Source: Balanoglossus misakiensis (lineage: Eukaryota; Animalia; Hemichordata). From it: DNA of 64,000 nt. Below, one piece after another: positions 12,786 through 25,400 of the stretch. How positions within the stretch are numbered: position 1 is the stretch's first letter; every line of letters starts with the position of its first letter. Location of the stretch: NCBI GenBank assembly GCA_040954595.2, contig CM082589.2:9374894-9438893 (forward strand), in the 5' to 3' direction. The notes under the pieces were generated by a model. That model saw nothing but the letters and a program-made list of their open reading frames with translations, searched no databases and was not told the DNA's origin. The translations under genes and the position numbers were made by a program.

Positions 12786-15400
12786 TAAGCCTATTCGAAT
12801 AAGAATTTTCTTCCCATACGTGTTCTGCGCCTCACAACAGAATTCGGTAAATAAACGAGGCTGTTTGGAAGCAACCAAGGAAATGTTAGAACTATCCGTC
12901 GATCTACAGAGTCTGGTGGAAAACGTTCTTATGCGCATAGGCCTATAATGTGTTCTGCGCCTCACAACTATATTCGGAAATAAACGAGGGTGTTTGGAAG
13001 CAACCATGGAAATTTTAGAACTATCTCTCGATCTACAGAGTCTATAGTGGAAAACTTTCTTATGCACATATGCCTATCTATGTGTTCTGTGCCTCAAAAC
13101 AGAATTCCGTAAATAAACGAGGCTGTTTGGAAGCAAACATGGAAATTTTAGAACTATCTCTCGATCTACAGAGTATAGTGGAAAACGTTCATATGCGCAT
13201 AGGCATATGTATGTGTTCTACGCATCACAACAGAATTCGGTAAATAAACGAGGCTGTTTGGAAACAACCATGGAAATTTTAGAACTATCCGTTGATCTAA
13301 AGTTGAAAAGTTTCTTATGCGCATAGGCCTATCTATGTGTTCTGCGCCTCCCAACAGAATTCCGTAAATACACGAGGCTGTGTTTGGAAGCAACCATGGA
13401 AATTTTAGAACTATCCGTCGATCTACAGAGTCTAGTGGAAAACGTTCTTATGCGCATAGGCCTATCTATGTGTTCTGCGCATCACAACAGAATTTTGTAA
13501 AAAAAACGAGGATGTGTTTGGAAGCAACCATGGAAATTTAAGAACTATCCTCGATCTACAGAGTATAGTGGAAAACGTTCATATGCGCATAGGCCTATCT
13601 ATGTGTTCTGCGCATCACAACAGAATTTTGTAAACAAACGAGGCTTTGTTTGGAAGCAACCATGGAAATTTTAGAACTATCCGTTGATCTAAAGTTGAAA
13701 AGTTTCTTATGCGCATAGGCCTATCTATGTGTTCAGCGCATCACAACAGAATTGTGTAAATAAACGAGGCTGTGTTTGGAAACAACCCTGGAAATTTTAG
13801 AACTATCTCTCGATCTACAGTGACTAGTGGAAAACTTGCTTATGCACATAGGCCTATCTATATGTTCTGCGCATCACAACAGAATTCGGTAAATAAACGA
13901 GGCTGTATTTGGAAGCAACCATGGAAATTTTAGAACTATCCGTCGATCTACAGAGTCTAATGGAAAACGTTCTTACGCACATAGGCCTATCTAAGTGTTA
14001 TGCGCATCACAACAGAATTTTATAAACAAACGAGGCTTTGTTTGGAAGCAACCATGGACATTTTAGAACTATCCGTCGATCTACAGTGGAAAACTATCTT
14101 ATGCGCATTGCCCTATCTATGTATTCTGCTCATCACAACATAATTTTGTAAACAAAAAAGGGTGTGTTTGGAAGCAACCATTGAAATTTTAAAACTATCT
14201 CTTGATTTACAGAGTCTAGTGGAAAACTTTCTTTGCACATAGACCTATGTATGTGTTCTGCGCCTCAAAACAGAATTCCGTAAATAAACGAGGCTGTTTG
14301 GAAGAAACCATGGAAATTTTAGAACTATCTCTCGATCTACAGAATCTAGTGGAAAACTTTATTATGCGCATAAACCTATCTATGTGTTCTGCGCATCACA
14401 ACATAATTCAGTAAACAAACGAGGCGGGGTTTGGAAGCAACCATGGAAATTTTAGAAATATCTCTCGATCTACAGAGTCTAGTGGAAAACTTTGTTATGC
14501 GCATAGGCCTATCATGTGTTATGCGCATCACAACAGAATTTTGTAAACAAACGAGGCGGGGTTTGGAAGTAACCATGGAAATTTTAGAACTATCTCTCGA
14601 TCTACAGAGTCTAGTGGAAAACATTCTTATGCGCAAAGGCCTATCTATGTGTTCTGCGCCTCAAAACAGAATTCCGTAAATAAACGAGGCTGTTTGGAAG
14701 CAAACATGGAAATTTTACAGCTATCCGTCGATCTACAGAGTCTAGTGGAAAACGTTCTTATGCGCATAGGCCTATATATGTGTTCTGCGCATCACAACAG
14801 AATTCGGTAAACAAACGAGGCGGGGTTTGGAAGCAACCATGGGAATTTTAGAACTATCCGTCGATCTACAGAGTATAGTGGAAAACGTTCTTATTCGCAT
14901 AGGCCTATCATGTGTTATGCGCATCACAACAGAATTTTGTAAACAAACGAGGCGGGGTTTGGAAGCAACCATGGAAATTTGAGAACTATCCGTCGATCTA
15001 CAGAGTCTAGTAGAAAACTTTCTTATGCGCATAGGCCTATCATGTGTTATGCGCATCACAACAGAATTTTGTAAACAAACGAGGCTTTGTTTGGAAGCAA
15101 CCATGGAAATGTTAGAACTATCTCTCGATCTACAGAGTCTAGTGGAAAACTTACTTATGCACATAGGCCTATGTATGTGTTCTGCGCCTCAAAACAGAAT
15201 TCTGTAAATAAACGAGGCTGTTTGGAAGCAACCATGGAAATTTTAGAACTATCCGTCGATCTACAGAGTCTAGTGGAAAACTTTCTTATGCACATAGGCA
15301 TATCTATGTGTTCTGTGCCTCACAACAGAATTTAGTAAATAAACGAGGCTGTTTGGAAGCAACCATGGAAATTTTAGTTAGGAAAGGATTTAAACGCTTA

Positions 15401-16539
15401 GGGACCTTTAATTTTTTTCGGCTTGGGGGGGGGGGGCAAGTTTGTGTCATGGGTTTTCAAAATCAGGCCGACTCCCCCTTCACCCAGGACCAAAAAATGA
15501 TGACCCCCCCCCTTTGACAAGCCAAAAAATATGATGATCCCTCCCCGCGCCGACAACATTTGCCGTCCTGGTCCACACCTCAATTATACATTTCTTAAAG
15601 TAATTGAAGTTTATAATAGTATATCGCTGCAAAAAAGAATGAATACTGAATAAATTAAAATGACAAGTCAATACAATAGTTGGTAGGATTGGTAAAACAA
15701 GAAAAGTGGCAGGGGTGGGTGTGGCAGGGGTTGTCCCCCTCCCAGATAAGAACATTTTGAAAAATAACGGGCTGAAAGTTGCATTTTAATGAACTCAAAA
15801 GCAAATTAAAGGGACAAAGTCTCTCTCTCGCTGCCCTTTTTCCATGAATTATGTTTGATACAAGACACTGTTTATGTTATTCTACATGTGGTTATATTGT
15901 GAATTGATGTTTGACCACATACAACTGCCATCCTGTTTGTAGGATATGAGAGTAAAAATGTTGCCAAAATGAATAAATGTTAAACACTGATTATTCATTT
16001 TGGCAAGTTTTTCACTCTTGTGTCTACAAGTTGGATGGAAGTTGTGTGTGGTTGAACGTTGATCACTTTGTGTCCACAATGTAGAATAACATAAAGGTGT
16101 CTTGTATCAAACATAACCAATTGAATAAAGGGCAACGAGAGAGAGACTTTGTCCCTTTAACTCAATATTGGGGAGGACCAATTTGACTTTTGCCACTCCA
16201 CTCAAAGTACGCATCGGTGTGGTGGGGTGGCAAGTAGTCTGCCCTTGTACACTAGACAAACCAGGCAATAAATGAAATGTGGCGAAGAATGGAGGGGTGG
16301 GTGTGGGATGGGGTGTCCCCCTCCCACATTAGAAAATCTTGTAAAATAAAGGGCGCGAAACTGCAATTTTGTGGACTCAAAAGCAAAAGTTTTGTGGCAA
16401 AAGTATGTGACCCCCCCCCCTAAACGGTTTTAAAAAAAAGATTACCCCACTTTCGGACTTCAAAATTTAAGTGACCCCCCCCCCCCCCTTGGATTTTGCC
16501 ACCCCCCCCCAGCCGTAAAAACTGGTCATGAATGGTCCC
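15401..16539. mobile_element. PIF/Harbinger-like non-autonomous element (Tourist-like MITE)
   Basis: Ends GGGACC...GGTCCC with imperfect inverted repeats (CGGCT+poly-G versus poly-C+AGCCG). Flanked by 3-bp TTA at 15398-15400 and 16540-16542. Confidence 0.7.
15810..16156. mobile_element. Kolobok-like palindromic MITE nested in the Harbinger-like element
   Basis: TTAA (15806-15809) AGGGACAAAGTCTCTCTCTCG...CGAGAGAGAGACTTTGTCCCT TTAA (16157-16160); nearly the whole element is self-complementary. TTAA duplication with purine-purine termini fits Kolobok. Confidence 0.85.
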
Positions 16540-18058
16540 TTAGCCATAAACGCGCCTTCCAGTAATAAATTTGAAGAATAAGAGATCCTCTCCGTAGATA
16601 GGCCTTATTGGGGGTCAAAACTACCGAAAGAAGACCCTGCCCTAACTCCCCTTTTAAACCAACTAATTCACACCGGGTTAGTTTTATTACTTTCATATTT
16701 GAATGCAAATTAAAATGCCGCAGGAAATTCTGCTGGCGTCCTTAGGATACGAGATCGGGAAATTTCAAAAGTTCCGCAGAATATACCCCAAGAGGGCGCT
16801 GTTGCTGACCTTCGACCCGTTGCCTTTGACCCGTTCAGTGTCTTTGTTGTAAACACATGTGTGACATGCAGGCTAGCGAATCTGTCAGTTTTTTCTGTCG
16901 TCAACTCCAATGTCGCCTTTTCTATGGACGTTACTTGGCCAGTGTTCGTTACACATCCAGGACGGTGTCATATTTCTCTGAAAGAAAAGCGGAAAACATG
17001 CGAAGCCAAGGAGCGAGCAACCAGCTGTTTTCTGCAAGTCATGGGTTCAGGCCCCCCCCCCCCCCCCCCCCACACTGTCCACCATCACTATTCCTATATA
17101 CAGATTTGGCGGCGTGAGTATTGAAACATTACAGTATTTAGTGTGTTTTAAGATATCACAGATCGTTTTCACGACTTAATGTGTGGGTTGAATCACATTC
17201 GTCGAAATAACACTGCTGTAGTCCCCTGATGAAGTCCGTAAACAAGGTAAGCTTGAGACATGGACGATCGACAATCAATTTCCGCTGTTGATTTCGCCCT
17301 ATCGCAACTCAGTAACTGGGGCCGAGTGATGCTCCATACATTAAAGTTCATGACTATTGACACCAATTGCAAAATATCAATGTTAAGGCGTGCTTTCAGA
17401 GAATATTCAACCAGAAAACCGACAACAATTGATGACCTCGTGTGACCTTTACTGGTTGAATCAGGCGACCACTGCAGTGTGATTCCAACGTTTGTGGGAA
17501 GACCACAGGGAGCTCTTCCTCCTGCTTTGCAGTGTGTGTTTGTTTAATATAATAATGTGTGACAAAAATAGGTATGTTTACAAATATGGTCATGATTGTT
17601 TGTTTGTTGAGAGGTTAAGGGGATTAACCCTTTCTGTGGAATATACCCACAAAGGTGAACAAATTTATAAAAAAAAACATATTTTTCACAGAGTTGTTTT
17701 ATTATATCCGCATTGCATCCAGCATGATCGCAGAAAACATCACCAATAATCCAAAATTGGAGTTGATGGCTTTATTTGGGACTATCATTATTTGGTTATA
17801 GTCCATGGGCCAGCGACCGACAAACTCCCCCCCCCCCCCCCACCCGGCACCCAAGGAGTTTTTTTGCAGACATATATTTGGGAAAGCCTGTTTATCCAGC
17901 TGTCAGAATGAGGTTGTTTGCACTCAAATTAATGATTGGTGTGGCTGTGAGGAGCGGTTGTCATAGTAATGATAGCATAATTTTAGGGGTATTCATAAAG
18001 TTAAAAAATAAAATATTTCAGGATCTGAGAAAGCTAGAGATAAAATTCAAACATTCAG

Positions 18059-20982
18059 TATGGGGGCCCGTTCTGGTCAAAATTGTAGTTTATTAATAAA
18101 ACGTGTTAGAATTAATTTTATAGAGCCTGGAATTAATTTTACCAGTATATAGAATTATTTTTTATGTGCTTTAATTATTTTTTGTTGTCATGCAGAATTA
18201 ATTTTATGTGTTCTAAATAATTATTTTAGCTTATCTTTGTTAGAAATAATTTTGCCAACATCTCAAATTTTTTTTACGTGTAGACTCGAATTAATTTCAG
18301 GTGTAGTGTCGAATTAATATCACGTGTTTGGTCGAATTAATTTCAAGTGTTGTGTCGAATTAATTTTACGTTGTGTCGAATTAATATTGCCCCCACAATC
18401 CTTTGCGCGTAAATCAAGATGGCGGCGGCTGAGCATGTCTTTCTCGCTGCATAAAGTTCAAAAATGCGCCGTTGTACAAGTTGTGAGACGTTTTGGGGTG
18501 ATTTGCTGTCCAATATAAATGCAGTGTGCTCGATAACGGCGATCAGACAGAATTTTCTAGTCAAACCACTCAAAACCACTACCAGTTGGTGTAATCGCCT
18601 GCCTTGCTATGGTCTATAGCCCAGCTCTGCGTACAGTGTTCTTGGCGTGGAGGCCGTGACATGGCGGGAACACACAGACATGTACGCAGAGCTAGCTGTT
18701 GTCCCGCGTTGCCAGTTCGCCTCGATTGAATAAATTTTGACATCTGAACATACGAAAATTGTGTTAATTTGTAATTTTCAGAACTAAGAAATAGCTGTAG
18801 GGCCCAGATCGCGGGAAACGGCGAATAAAATATTCCTTAATATTTCCTTGTAAACTCAAGTTTTGTATAAATAAATTTGAATTAAAAGTCTCTCTCTACA
18901 TAACCATATTTAATTGGAAATTGGATAGCTTGCATTCTAGATTTACAACTGATAAGATAGGGTGTGGGGCATAGACAGTAGAAGGGTTGACCCTGAAGTC
19001 TCCACCTCCTGTAGGCTGCATTCACAAACACCTCTGGAGGGGGGGGGGGGGAATTCAATTATTTTTTGTAGTCATGCAGATTTAATTTTATGTGTTCTAA
19101 ATAATTATTTTAGCTTATCTTTATCTTTATCAACATATCGAATTATTTTTACGTGTAGACTCGAATTAATTATAGGTGTAGTGTCGAATTAATATCACGT
19201 GTTTAGTCGAATTAATTTCACGTTGTGTCGAATAAATATTGCCCCCACAATCCTGTGCGCGTAAATCAAGATGGCGGCGGCTGAGCATGTCTTTCTCGCC
19301 GCATAAGTTCGAAAAGGGGCCATTGTACAAGTTGTGAGACGTTTTGGGGCGGTTTGCTGTCCAATATAAATGCAGTGTGCTCGATAACGGATAATGCAGT
19401 TTCGCGCCCTTTATTTTACAAAATTTTCTAATACCCACCCCCTCCATTCATCAACACCTTTCAATCATTGACTGGTTTATCTAGTGTCCCAGGTCAGGGG
19501 ACTTGCCCCAACCTCATGATAACTTTGAGCGGCGACGGTTAAATTTGTCCTCCCCAACATACCGGTAGTTGAGTTAATTTGCTTTTGCCGGGTTCATTAA
19601 AATGCAGCTTTGAGCTCTGGATTTTATAAAATTTTCTTACGTGGGAGGGGGAAACCCCTCCCAAACCCACCCCCTTCAATTCTCGGTTTACAATGTCTCC
19701 CAACACAGAATACAAATACTTAAAAATAAAAACAATGTTCAGTTTTAATACCCACTGTTGAGGGGAAACATCAGTTTAAAAATCTTTTCATCGGAGCGCT
19801 GTTTTTCTTTTTTTTACAAGATAGATAGGTGATGTGTTTTGCTCTGTGAAAGAAAATGGAGGGGGGGGGGTGTTCAAAATTTTGGCAGTTCGGAAGGGGG
19901 ATTTGAAAATATTTCGGGTTCACGGTTGTGCACGGGGGGCATGTGAAAATTAGCGGTAAAAAAATTGAATTCCCCCCCCTCCAGAGGTGTTTGTGAATGC
20001 AGCCTACAGGAGGTGGAGACTTCGGGGTCAACCCCTCTACTGTCTATGCCCCACACCCTATCTTATCAGTTGTAAATCTAGAATGCAAGCTATCCAATTT
20101 CCAATTAAATATGGTTATGTAGAAGAGAGAGACTTTTAATTCAAATTTATTTATACAAAACTTGAGTTTACAAGGAAATATTAAGGAATATTTTATTTGC
20201 CGTTTCCCGCGATCTGGGCCCTACAGCTATTTCTTAGTTCTGAAAATAACAAATTAACACAATTTTCGTATGTTCAGATGTCAAAATTTATTCAATCGAG
20301 ACGAACTGGCAATGCGGGACAACAGCTAGCTCTGCGTACATGTCTGTGTGTTCCCGCCATGTCACGGCCTCCACGCCAAGAACACTGTACGCAGAGCTGG
20401 GCTATACCATACATGTAGCAAGGCTGGCGATTACACCAACTGATAGTGGTTTTGAGTGGTTTGACTAGAAAATTCTGTCTGTAGACCAAAACTCGTGCAC
20501 CGATCGCCGTTATCGAGCACACTGTATTTATATTGGACAGCAAATCGCCCCAAAACGTCTCACAACTTGTACAACGGCCCCTTTTTGAACTTTATGCAGC
20601 GAGAAATACGTGCTCAGCCGCCGCCATCTTGATTTACGCGCAAAGGATTGTGGGGGCAATATTAATTCGACACAACGTAAAATTAATTTGACACAACACG
20701 TGAAATTAATTCGACCAAACACGTGATATTAATTCGACACTACACCTGAAATTAATTTGAGTCTACACGTAAAAATAATTTGAGATGTTGGCAAAATTAA
20801 ACAAAGATAAGCTAAAATAATTATTTAGAACACATAAAATTAATTCTGCATGACAACAAAAAATAATTAAAGCACATAAAAAATAATTATATATACTGGT
20901 AAAATTAATTCCAGGCTCTATAAAATTAATTCTAACACGTTTTATTAATAAACCACAATTTTGACCAGAACGGGCCCCCATA
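18059..20982. mobile_element. Foldback-type non-autonomous DNA transposon with ~1 kb inverted arms
   Basis: 18059-19060 is the near-identical reverse complement of 19963-20982. Termini TATGGGGGCCCGTTCTGG / CCAGAACGGGCCCCCATA; GTGTCGAATTAAT subrepeats; candidate duplication TTCA(G) on both sides. Confidence 0.9.
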
Positions 20983-21789
20983 GTTCAGTCTTATAAAGTA
21001 TGGTACAGGCTATCCAATGATTACATGACCGACAAGGTCAGAGGTCAAGTTCAAACTTTGGGTCAAAGTGAAAATTTCGCTATTGTTTGCATATTAATCA
21101 TACATAGTTTTGATTTACCTGAATACGGTTTAGTCGAAGAGGCTGTAAATTGGTCATCAGGGTCACCAAAATTGTAAGGGTTATCTCCTTGTTTTACCAC
21201 TCATACTGATGGCTCAAATTAAAAACTCATAAAAATGTTGCTAATTTGCATATGTTATAAATTGAAATACAGCTTCAACACCCCCCCCCCTTAATTAAAA
21301 ATATTGTATAAATCCTCTAATCATACTTTGATATATTTCCTGTAAAATACTATGCCATGTTTTTTAGGTCCCATTTCATAACTCATTGGTAAATTGTCAC
21401 AATGGGATAGAACTGGAGGGACACTCATGGAAGATGCAACTTGTACTAGACATGTTCCTGTGTAGTGCCCCTCCAGTTGGCCTACAGCTATCCCACAACC
21501 CACCGTGTTTCCAAGATGGCGGTAAAGACAAACCTTCCCTATAGCATGTTCCAGTAGCATGCATCAGAATGTGTGCTCTATGCTGAAAGTGAATTTTTTG
21601 TTAGATACCTTAACATCTTTCATTGAATGTTTAATGTAGTCTGTCTGCAGTTGACAAGAATCTAAATAGTCAAACACAAAAGAGAACTTTTCTAAAATAA
21701 AATAATTATGAAGAAAGGTACAACGATAGAGAGTGTGACTTAAATTGCTAATCTCATATACAGTCAATTCAAATTACAGGTTGTTATTT

Positions 21790-22025
21790 TCATTCCTGAC
21801 ACACTTCCTAATAGACCCCTTAACTTCTCCCGATTAGAACATGGTTATCATAGTCAGTCAAGAGATAACAATATTCTTCATTCTCCAAAATATAACAATC
21901 GGTTAGGTCAGATTTTAATCAAATTTGTTGGTCCCACACTTTGGAATAGCATTCCAGAAAGAATAAAAAATATTCACCCTCATTACAATGTACAAATGAA
22001 ATAAAACATTACTTGTTACTTGGTT
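21790..22025 (+). mobile_element. Degenerate 3' fragment of a CR1/L2-group LINE ORF2 (also in each 1567-bp unit)
   Basis: Translates ...NNILHSPKYNNRLGQILIKFVGPTLWNSIPERIKN, like the WN-x-[LI]-P C-terminal motif of these LINEs. Confidence 0.55.
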
Positions 22026-22096
22026 TATAATATTTCATTGACCCAAGTTTAATAAAAATGACAACAGACATTGATTTGAATACAAATATCTGTGGC

Positions 22097-22491
22097 TAAT
22101 AGAATCTCACACTCCCAAGGACCTGGGATTGTATTTCTCACATGACTTGGGGAATTTCTGTCCCACTCGTGCCGCAGGCGAGTGTGGGGCAAAATATCCC
22201 TGACGAGTGTGAGAAATATGATCCCAGGTCCTTGGTGTGTGAGATTATATTTCTCACATGGTCACAAATTAGACATATTCGTTAAAAATGTTGAATAAAT
22301 TACTCTGGAACTGTCGTCTGGCATGTTGTAGTCTCTCTCCCTATATACACATCGCCCCATTGGATAACATTATGCACGCGTTAGCGAAAGAACACTTTGT
22401 CAACCAATCAGCGCTCGATTCTGTGAGAGTGTGGGATCAATTTGTTCTCACACTCCGATCTCAAACTCCAATCGTGCCAGGAGTGTGAGAA
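22097..22491. mobile_element. Palindromic non-autonomous element with asymmetric inverted repeats (Crypton-like); copies in each tandem unit and at 45821
   Basis: TAATAGAATCTCACACTCCCAAGGACCTGGGAT...ATCCCAGGTCCTTGGTGTGTGAGATT hairpin of ~150 bp centred on GCCGCAGGCGAG, with a second GGAGTGTGAGA repeat at the far end. Confidence 0.6.
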
Positions 22492-25400
22492 AGTAGTATA
22501 TTGGCTGTCAATATGTAACACACCAGTATTCAAGAATGTAGACAGTGTGTTTGTCAATACAGCCAAGCAATACATCATTTGAATATTCATGTGTATAATC
22601 CAGTGGTTTTTCTCATGACAGGTTTAACACTGACACTGAGAGACATAGGCACAGCAAAGAGAGTGACCTTCTATGGACCACCTAGATTGGTATGTACATT
22701 TCAACTCTTTTCACTATTGGCTGTACTATACATGCTACTTTAGTTGCATCTTTGCCACTAAAGAGATACCTATGGGGGCCCGTTCTGGTCAAAATTGTAG
22801 TTTATTAATAAAACGTGTTAGAATTAATTTTATAGAGCCTGGAATTAATTTTACCAGTATGTAGAATTATTTTTTATGTGCTTTAATTATTTTTTGTTGT
22901 CATGCAGAATTAATTTTATGTGTTCTAAATAATTATTTTAGCTTATCTTTGTTAGAAATAATTTTGCCAACAATATCCCAAATTATTTTTACGTGTACAA
23001 TCGAATTAATTACAGGTGTAGTGTCGAATTAATTACAGGTGTAGTGTCGAATTAATTTTACGTGTTGTGTCATGTTTCCAAGATGGCAGTAAAGACAAAC
23101 CTTCCCTATAGCATGTTCCGGTAGCATGCATCAGGATGTGTGCTCCATGCTGAAAGTGAATTTTTTGTTAGATACCTTAACATCTTTCATTGAATGTTTA
23201 ATGTAGTCTGCCTGCAGTTGACAAGAATCTAATTAGTCAAACACAAAAGAGAACTTTTCTAAAATACAATAATTATGAAGAAAGGTACAAAGATAGAGAG
23301 TGTGACTTAAATTGCTAATCTCATATACAGTCAATTCAAATTACAGGTTGTTATTTTCATTCCTGACACACTTCCTAATAGACCCCTTAACTTCTCCCGA
23401 TTAGAACATGGTTATCATAGTCAGTCAAGAGATAACAATATTCTTCATTCTCCAAAATATAACAATCGGTTAGGTCAGATTTTAATCAAATTTGTTGGTC
23501 CCACACTTTGGAATAGCATTCCAGAAAGAATAAAAAATATTCACCCTCATTACAATGTACAAATGAAATAAAACATTACTTGTTACTTGGTTTATAATAT
23601 TTCATTGACCCAAGTTTAATAAAAATGACAACAGACATTGATTTGAATACAAATATCTGTGGCTAATAGAATCTCACACTCCCAAGGACCTGGGATTGTA
23701 TTTCTCACATGACTTGGGGAATTTCTGTCCCACTCGTGCCGCAGGCGAGTGTGGGACAAAATATCCCTGACGAGTGTGAGAAATATGATCCCAGGTCCTT
23801 GGTGTGTGAGATTATATTTCTCACATGGTCACAAATTAGACATATTCGTTAAAAATGTTGAATAAATTACTCTGGAACTGTCGTCTGGCATGTTGTAGTC
23901 TCTCTCCCTATATACACATCGCCCCATTGGATAACATTATGCACGCGTTAGCGAAAGAACACTTTGTCAACCAATCAGCGCTCGATTCTGTGAGAGTGTG
24001 GGATCAATTTGTTCTCACACTGAGATCTCAAACTCCAATCGTGGCAGGAGTGTGAGAAAGTAGTATATTGGCTGTCAATATGTAACACACCAGTATTCAA
24101 GAATGTAGACAGTGTGTTTGTCAATACAGCCAAGCAATACATCATTTGAATATTCATGTGTATAATCCAGTGGTTTTTCTCATGACAGGTTTAACACTGA
24201 CACTGAGAGACATAGGCACAGCAAAGAGAGTGACCTTCTATGGACCACCTAGATTGGTATGTACATTTCAACTCTTTTCACTATTGGCTGTACTATACAT
24301 GCTACTTTAGTTGCATCTTTGCCACTAAAGAGATACCTATGGGGGCCCGTTCTGGTCAAAATTGTAGTTTATTAATAAAACGTGTTAGAATTAATTTTAT
24401 AGAGCCTGGAATTAATTTTACCAGTATGTAGAATTATTTTTTATGTGCTTTAATTATTTTTTGTTGTCATGCAGAATTAATTGTATGTGTTCTAAATAAT
24501 TATTTTAGCTTATCTTTGTTAGAAATAATTTTGCCAACAATATCCCAAATTATTTTTACGTGTACAATCGAATTAATTACAGGTGTAGTGTCGAATTAAT
24601 TACAGGTGTAGTGTCGAATTAATTTTACGTGTTGTGTCATGTTTCCAAGATGGCAGTAAAGACAAACCTTCCCTATAGCATGTTCCGGTAGCATGCATCA
24701 GGATGTGTGCTCCATGCTGAAAGTGAATTTTTTGTTAGATACCTTAACATCTTTCATTGAATGTTTAATGTAGTCTGCCTGCAGTTGACAAGAATCTAAT
24801 TAGTCAAACACAAAAGAGAACTTTTCTAAAATACAATAATTATGAAGAAAGGTACAAAGATAGAGAGTGTGACTTAAATTGCTAATCTCATATACAGTCA
24901 ATTCAAATTACAGGTTGTTATTTTCATTCCTGACACACTTCCTAATAGACCCCTTAACTTCTCCCGATTAGAACATGGTTATCATAGTCAGTCAAGAGAT
25001 AACAATATTCTTCATTCTCCAAAATATAACAATCGGTTAGGTCAGATTTTAATCAAATTTGTTGGTCCCACACTTTGGAATAGCATTCCAGAAAGAATAA
25101 AAAATATTCACCCTCATTACAATGTACAAATGAAATAAAACATTACTTGTTACTTGGTTTATAATATTTCATTGACCCAAGTTTAATAAAAATGACAACA
25201 GACATTGATTTGAATACAAATATCTGTGGCTAATAGAATCTCACACTCCCAAGGACCTGGGATTGTATTTCTCACATGACTTGGGGAATTTCTGTCCCAC
25301 TCGTGCCGCAGGCGAGTGTGGGACAAAATATCCCTGACGAGTGTGAGAAATATGATCCCAGGTCCTTGGTGTGTGAGATTATATTTCTCACATGGTCACA

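Larger units (their letters stand above)
1..15377. repeat. Satellite DNA array, ~130-133 bp monomer, with higher-order repeats; continues beyond the left edge
   Basis: Monomer ACAACAGAATTCGGTAAATAAACGAGGCTGTTTGGAAGCAACCATGGAAATTTTAGAACTATC...TTATGCGCATAGGCCTAT...GTGTTCTGCGC repeats head-to-tail (e.g. 1621 to 1752, 131 bp). It ends abruptly at ...GGAAATTTTAG 15377. Confidence 0.98.

Noticed and set aside
1-15377. CRISPR-like array or repeat-protein gene
   Set aside because: Monomers are contiguous with no unique spacers, there are no cas genes and the context is eukaryotic. The many ORFs are translations of the satellite in shifting frames.
1-15377. Hammerhead ribozyme in the satellite monomer
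   Set aside because: No CTGANGA core seen on either strand of the monomer.
17226-17272. Hammerhead-like CTGATGA followed by a stem GTCCGT/ATGGAC
   Set aside because: The required GAAA after stem II reads GATC, and I could not identify stems I and III; at best a dead remnant.
21321-21600. Possible minus-strand exon remnant
   Set aside because: An acceptor-like site is present but no frame gave a recognisable protein.
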